A DNA stretch of 64,000 nt from Amphiscolops sp. MND2022 (Eukaryota). The position numbers and the translations under genes are program-made. Below, piece by piece: positions 62,701 through 64,000 of the stretch. The stretch is taken from contig OZ076409.1 of NCBI GenBank assembly GCA_964187785.1, positions 79,980,001 through 80,044,000 on the forward strand, read 5' to 3'. The notes beneath the pieces were generated by a model that was not told the DNA's origin, did no database searches, and worked only from the letters and a program-made list of their open reading frames with translations. Each line of letters begins with the position of its first letter. Within the stretch, counting starts at the first letter, position 1.

Positions 62701-64000
62701 ATTTGGTCTTCATGTGCAGGTGGTTCTTAAAATACAAAAAAAATTCAAAGAGACCTTCCAGTAATAAAATGTTTCGACAAAACTCACAATGCCAATAAAT
62801 CTCTTGCATTTCTCCGAGTTTCGAGGAAAATTCACTAAACAAATTGGGGGACTTTTGAATTTACAACTTACGAATACGTGAGATACGAAAAAGTTGGACA
62901 AACTTAACAAAAAGTGGAATGTTTGCTGTGAGGTTGAACAAAAGAAACTAAACGTTGTAATATGTCTGTTTTTTTTTTCAAAAAAAACATCGACTGAAAA
63001 CATCTTCCTTATTTAGGTTAATTCAACATATAACTCAACTTTCATCAGATTGACCCAGCAATTTATAACATTTGACTACTTATATTGACCATCAGGACAT
63101 GTCTTATTACGACCAAGAAACGAATCATTCTGGAATCCTGACGTCACGACTTGCCAAGGAGACCTCGTTAGTGCAAGGAGCAACCGGCATCAAGCTCAAG
63201 ACGACCTTCAACTCTTTGGCCAGCTTGGTAGTGGGCATGACAATGGCCTTCTACTATGGGTGGCAACTGGCGCTGTTGCTCATTCTTGTTACTCCCCTGA
63301 TTGGTGTGGCTGGGGCTCTACAACTGAAGTACGCCACTGGGTTCCAATTGAAGGAGGAGACGGATGCACACGGTGCAGGAAAGGTGAGTGAACATGAAAG
63401 ATACTTTCATGCATGCATGCATACAGTGTAATAATCTACAGAGCAACCCTGCAAAATTTGAATATTGTGGACGCTGAATGATAAGCTTTAGCGCAAAAAA
63501 TACATCAAAAAAATTTTAAAATGAAATCGACGATTACTCTGAAAAGATGACATGCTGACCATAAATTCGAGAATCATTTATTCTATTTTCAATGCAATAT
63601 CAATTAAAATCCGCAAACTTTACTGAAACATTGGAAATATTGATGATCATTGCAGTTTTTCTCTATGATCTTGATTAATCTTAATTATATGATCTTAATT
63701 TTTCAGGTGACATCTGAATCCATATCCAACATTCGAACTGTCCAAGGACTCGGTCTGGAATCGCGACTCTTCAACAAATTCTACACTAGCCTTGGCACTG
63801 CTCACAGGTCAGAAAATGACTTCAAATTATTATAACCCAATCCGTCCCCATTGCTTTAAATCAATGTTGGTTTTAGAAATAACCTCAAAAGTGCCCATAT
63901 CTACGGAATTGCCCAGAGCTTTGCCAACTCTTTGTTTTTCTTTCTCTACTCAGTTGCTTTTTGGTTCTCAACGTGGTTGATCGAGAACGATTACATGGGA
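39478..64000 (+). CDS. ABCB1: ABCB1/MDR1 P-glycoprotein-like full ABC transporter, continuing beyond the window
   Basis: Exons 39478-39632, 42662-42866, 43239-43342, 44015-44148, 44235-44406, 45253-45377, 46080-46365, 52134-52244, 53091-53216, 55692-55895, 55971-56141, 56345-56522, 59889-60007, 60229-60366, 60801-60980, 63096-63383, 63707-63807, 63877->64000. Motifs [10 protein letters not shown], Walker [10 protein letters not shown]-loop VSQEP, signature [15 protein letters not shown], Walker [13 protein letters not shown], and H-loop VAHRLST. A possible further 5' exon lies at 37589-37664. Confidence 0.95.
40880..41470. repeat. Tandem repeat, ~3 units of ~176-180 bp
   Basis: gtcaaaaaccatgttgga recurs at ~40975, ~41150 and ~41327. 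Confidence 0.92.
41475..42175. repeat. Complex palindromic minisatellite
   Basis: Repeats of gaagggaataagatctaaaatcaatgcattttagatcttattccccttc, which is self-complementary around ATGCAT. Confidence 0.93.
43380..43968. mobile_element. MITE-like element with CCACCGGTGG-rich subterminal repeats (ABCB intron)
   Basis: Termini cccgtgctgacaacc and ggttgtcagtacggg are inverted; CCACCGGTGG palindromes cluster at both ends. Confidence 0.8.
46500..46699. other. Assembly gap (200 N)
   Basis: Run of N. Confidence 1.
48400..51600. mobile_element. ~3.2-kb degenerate foldback (long imperfect inverted repeat) with low-complexity interior and a (GT)n tract
   Basis: Inverted pairs: gggttgtccacctttaggtttgaaagtgggttaat (48421) with ggacaacccattaacccactttcagacccaaag (~51558); ccctgtgggtgctaggtggg (~48742) with cccacctagcacccgcaggg (~51221); inner pairs near 49780 and 49960. 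Confidence 0.75.
51780..51985. repeat. ~31-bp minisatellite
   Basis: tttccttgcaagatctttcaaggaaaaca repeated ~5-6 times. Confidence 0.9.
55058..55130 (+). other. tRNA-like sequence (probable SINE head)
   Basis: TGGCGCAGTTGCTAA (A box-like) and GAGTTCGAACCC (B box) inside an ABCB intron. Confidence 0.5.

Overview
Animal (metazoan) genomic DNA with spliceosomal introns; the organism cannot be fixed from sequence alone. The window has two halves. (1) 1 to ~31.9 kb is a repeat-punctuated, mobile-element-like island. It holds a divergent RAG1/Transib-type DDE transposase gene (24.0-28.1 kb, with a 13-aa repeat and a BRCT-like C-terminus). It also holds intron-containing chromatin genes: a zinc-finger/JmjC demethylase, a PR-Set7/KMT5A-like SET methyltransferase, a Tudor-like protein and a small RING protein. 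These are interleaved with patchwork Gypsy fragments, nearly all on the minus strand. The island is laced with two ~200-bp tandem repeat families: A (199 bp, internal dyad symmetry) and B (200-201 bp, 22-bp palindromic junctions). The A modules flip orientation across the transposase gene. Repeat blocks sit inside introns of three of the cargo genes. (2) ~32-64 kb contains a 5' Gypsy fragment, satellites and MITE-like elements, and a multi-exon ABCB1/P-glycoprotein-like gene that runs off the right edge and spans a 200-N scaffold gap. All domain calls are by-eye motif recognition; no searches were run.
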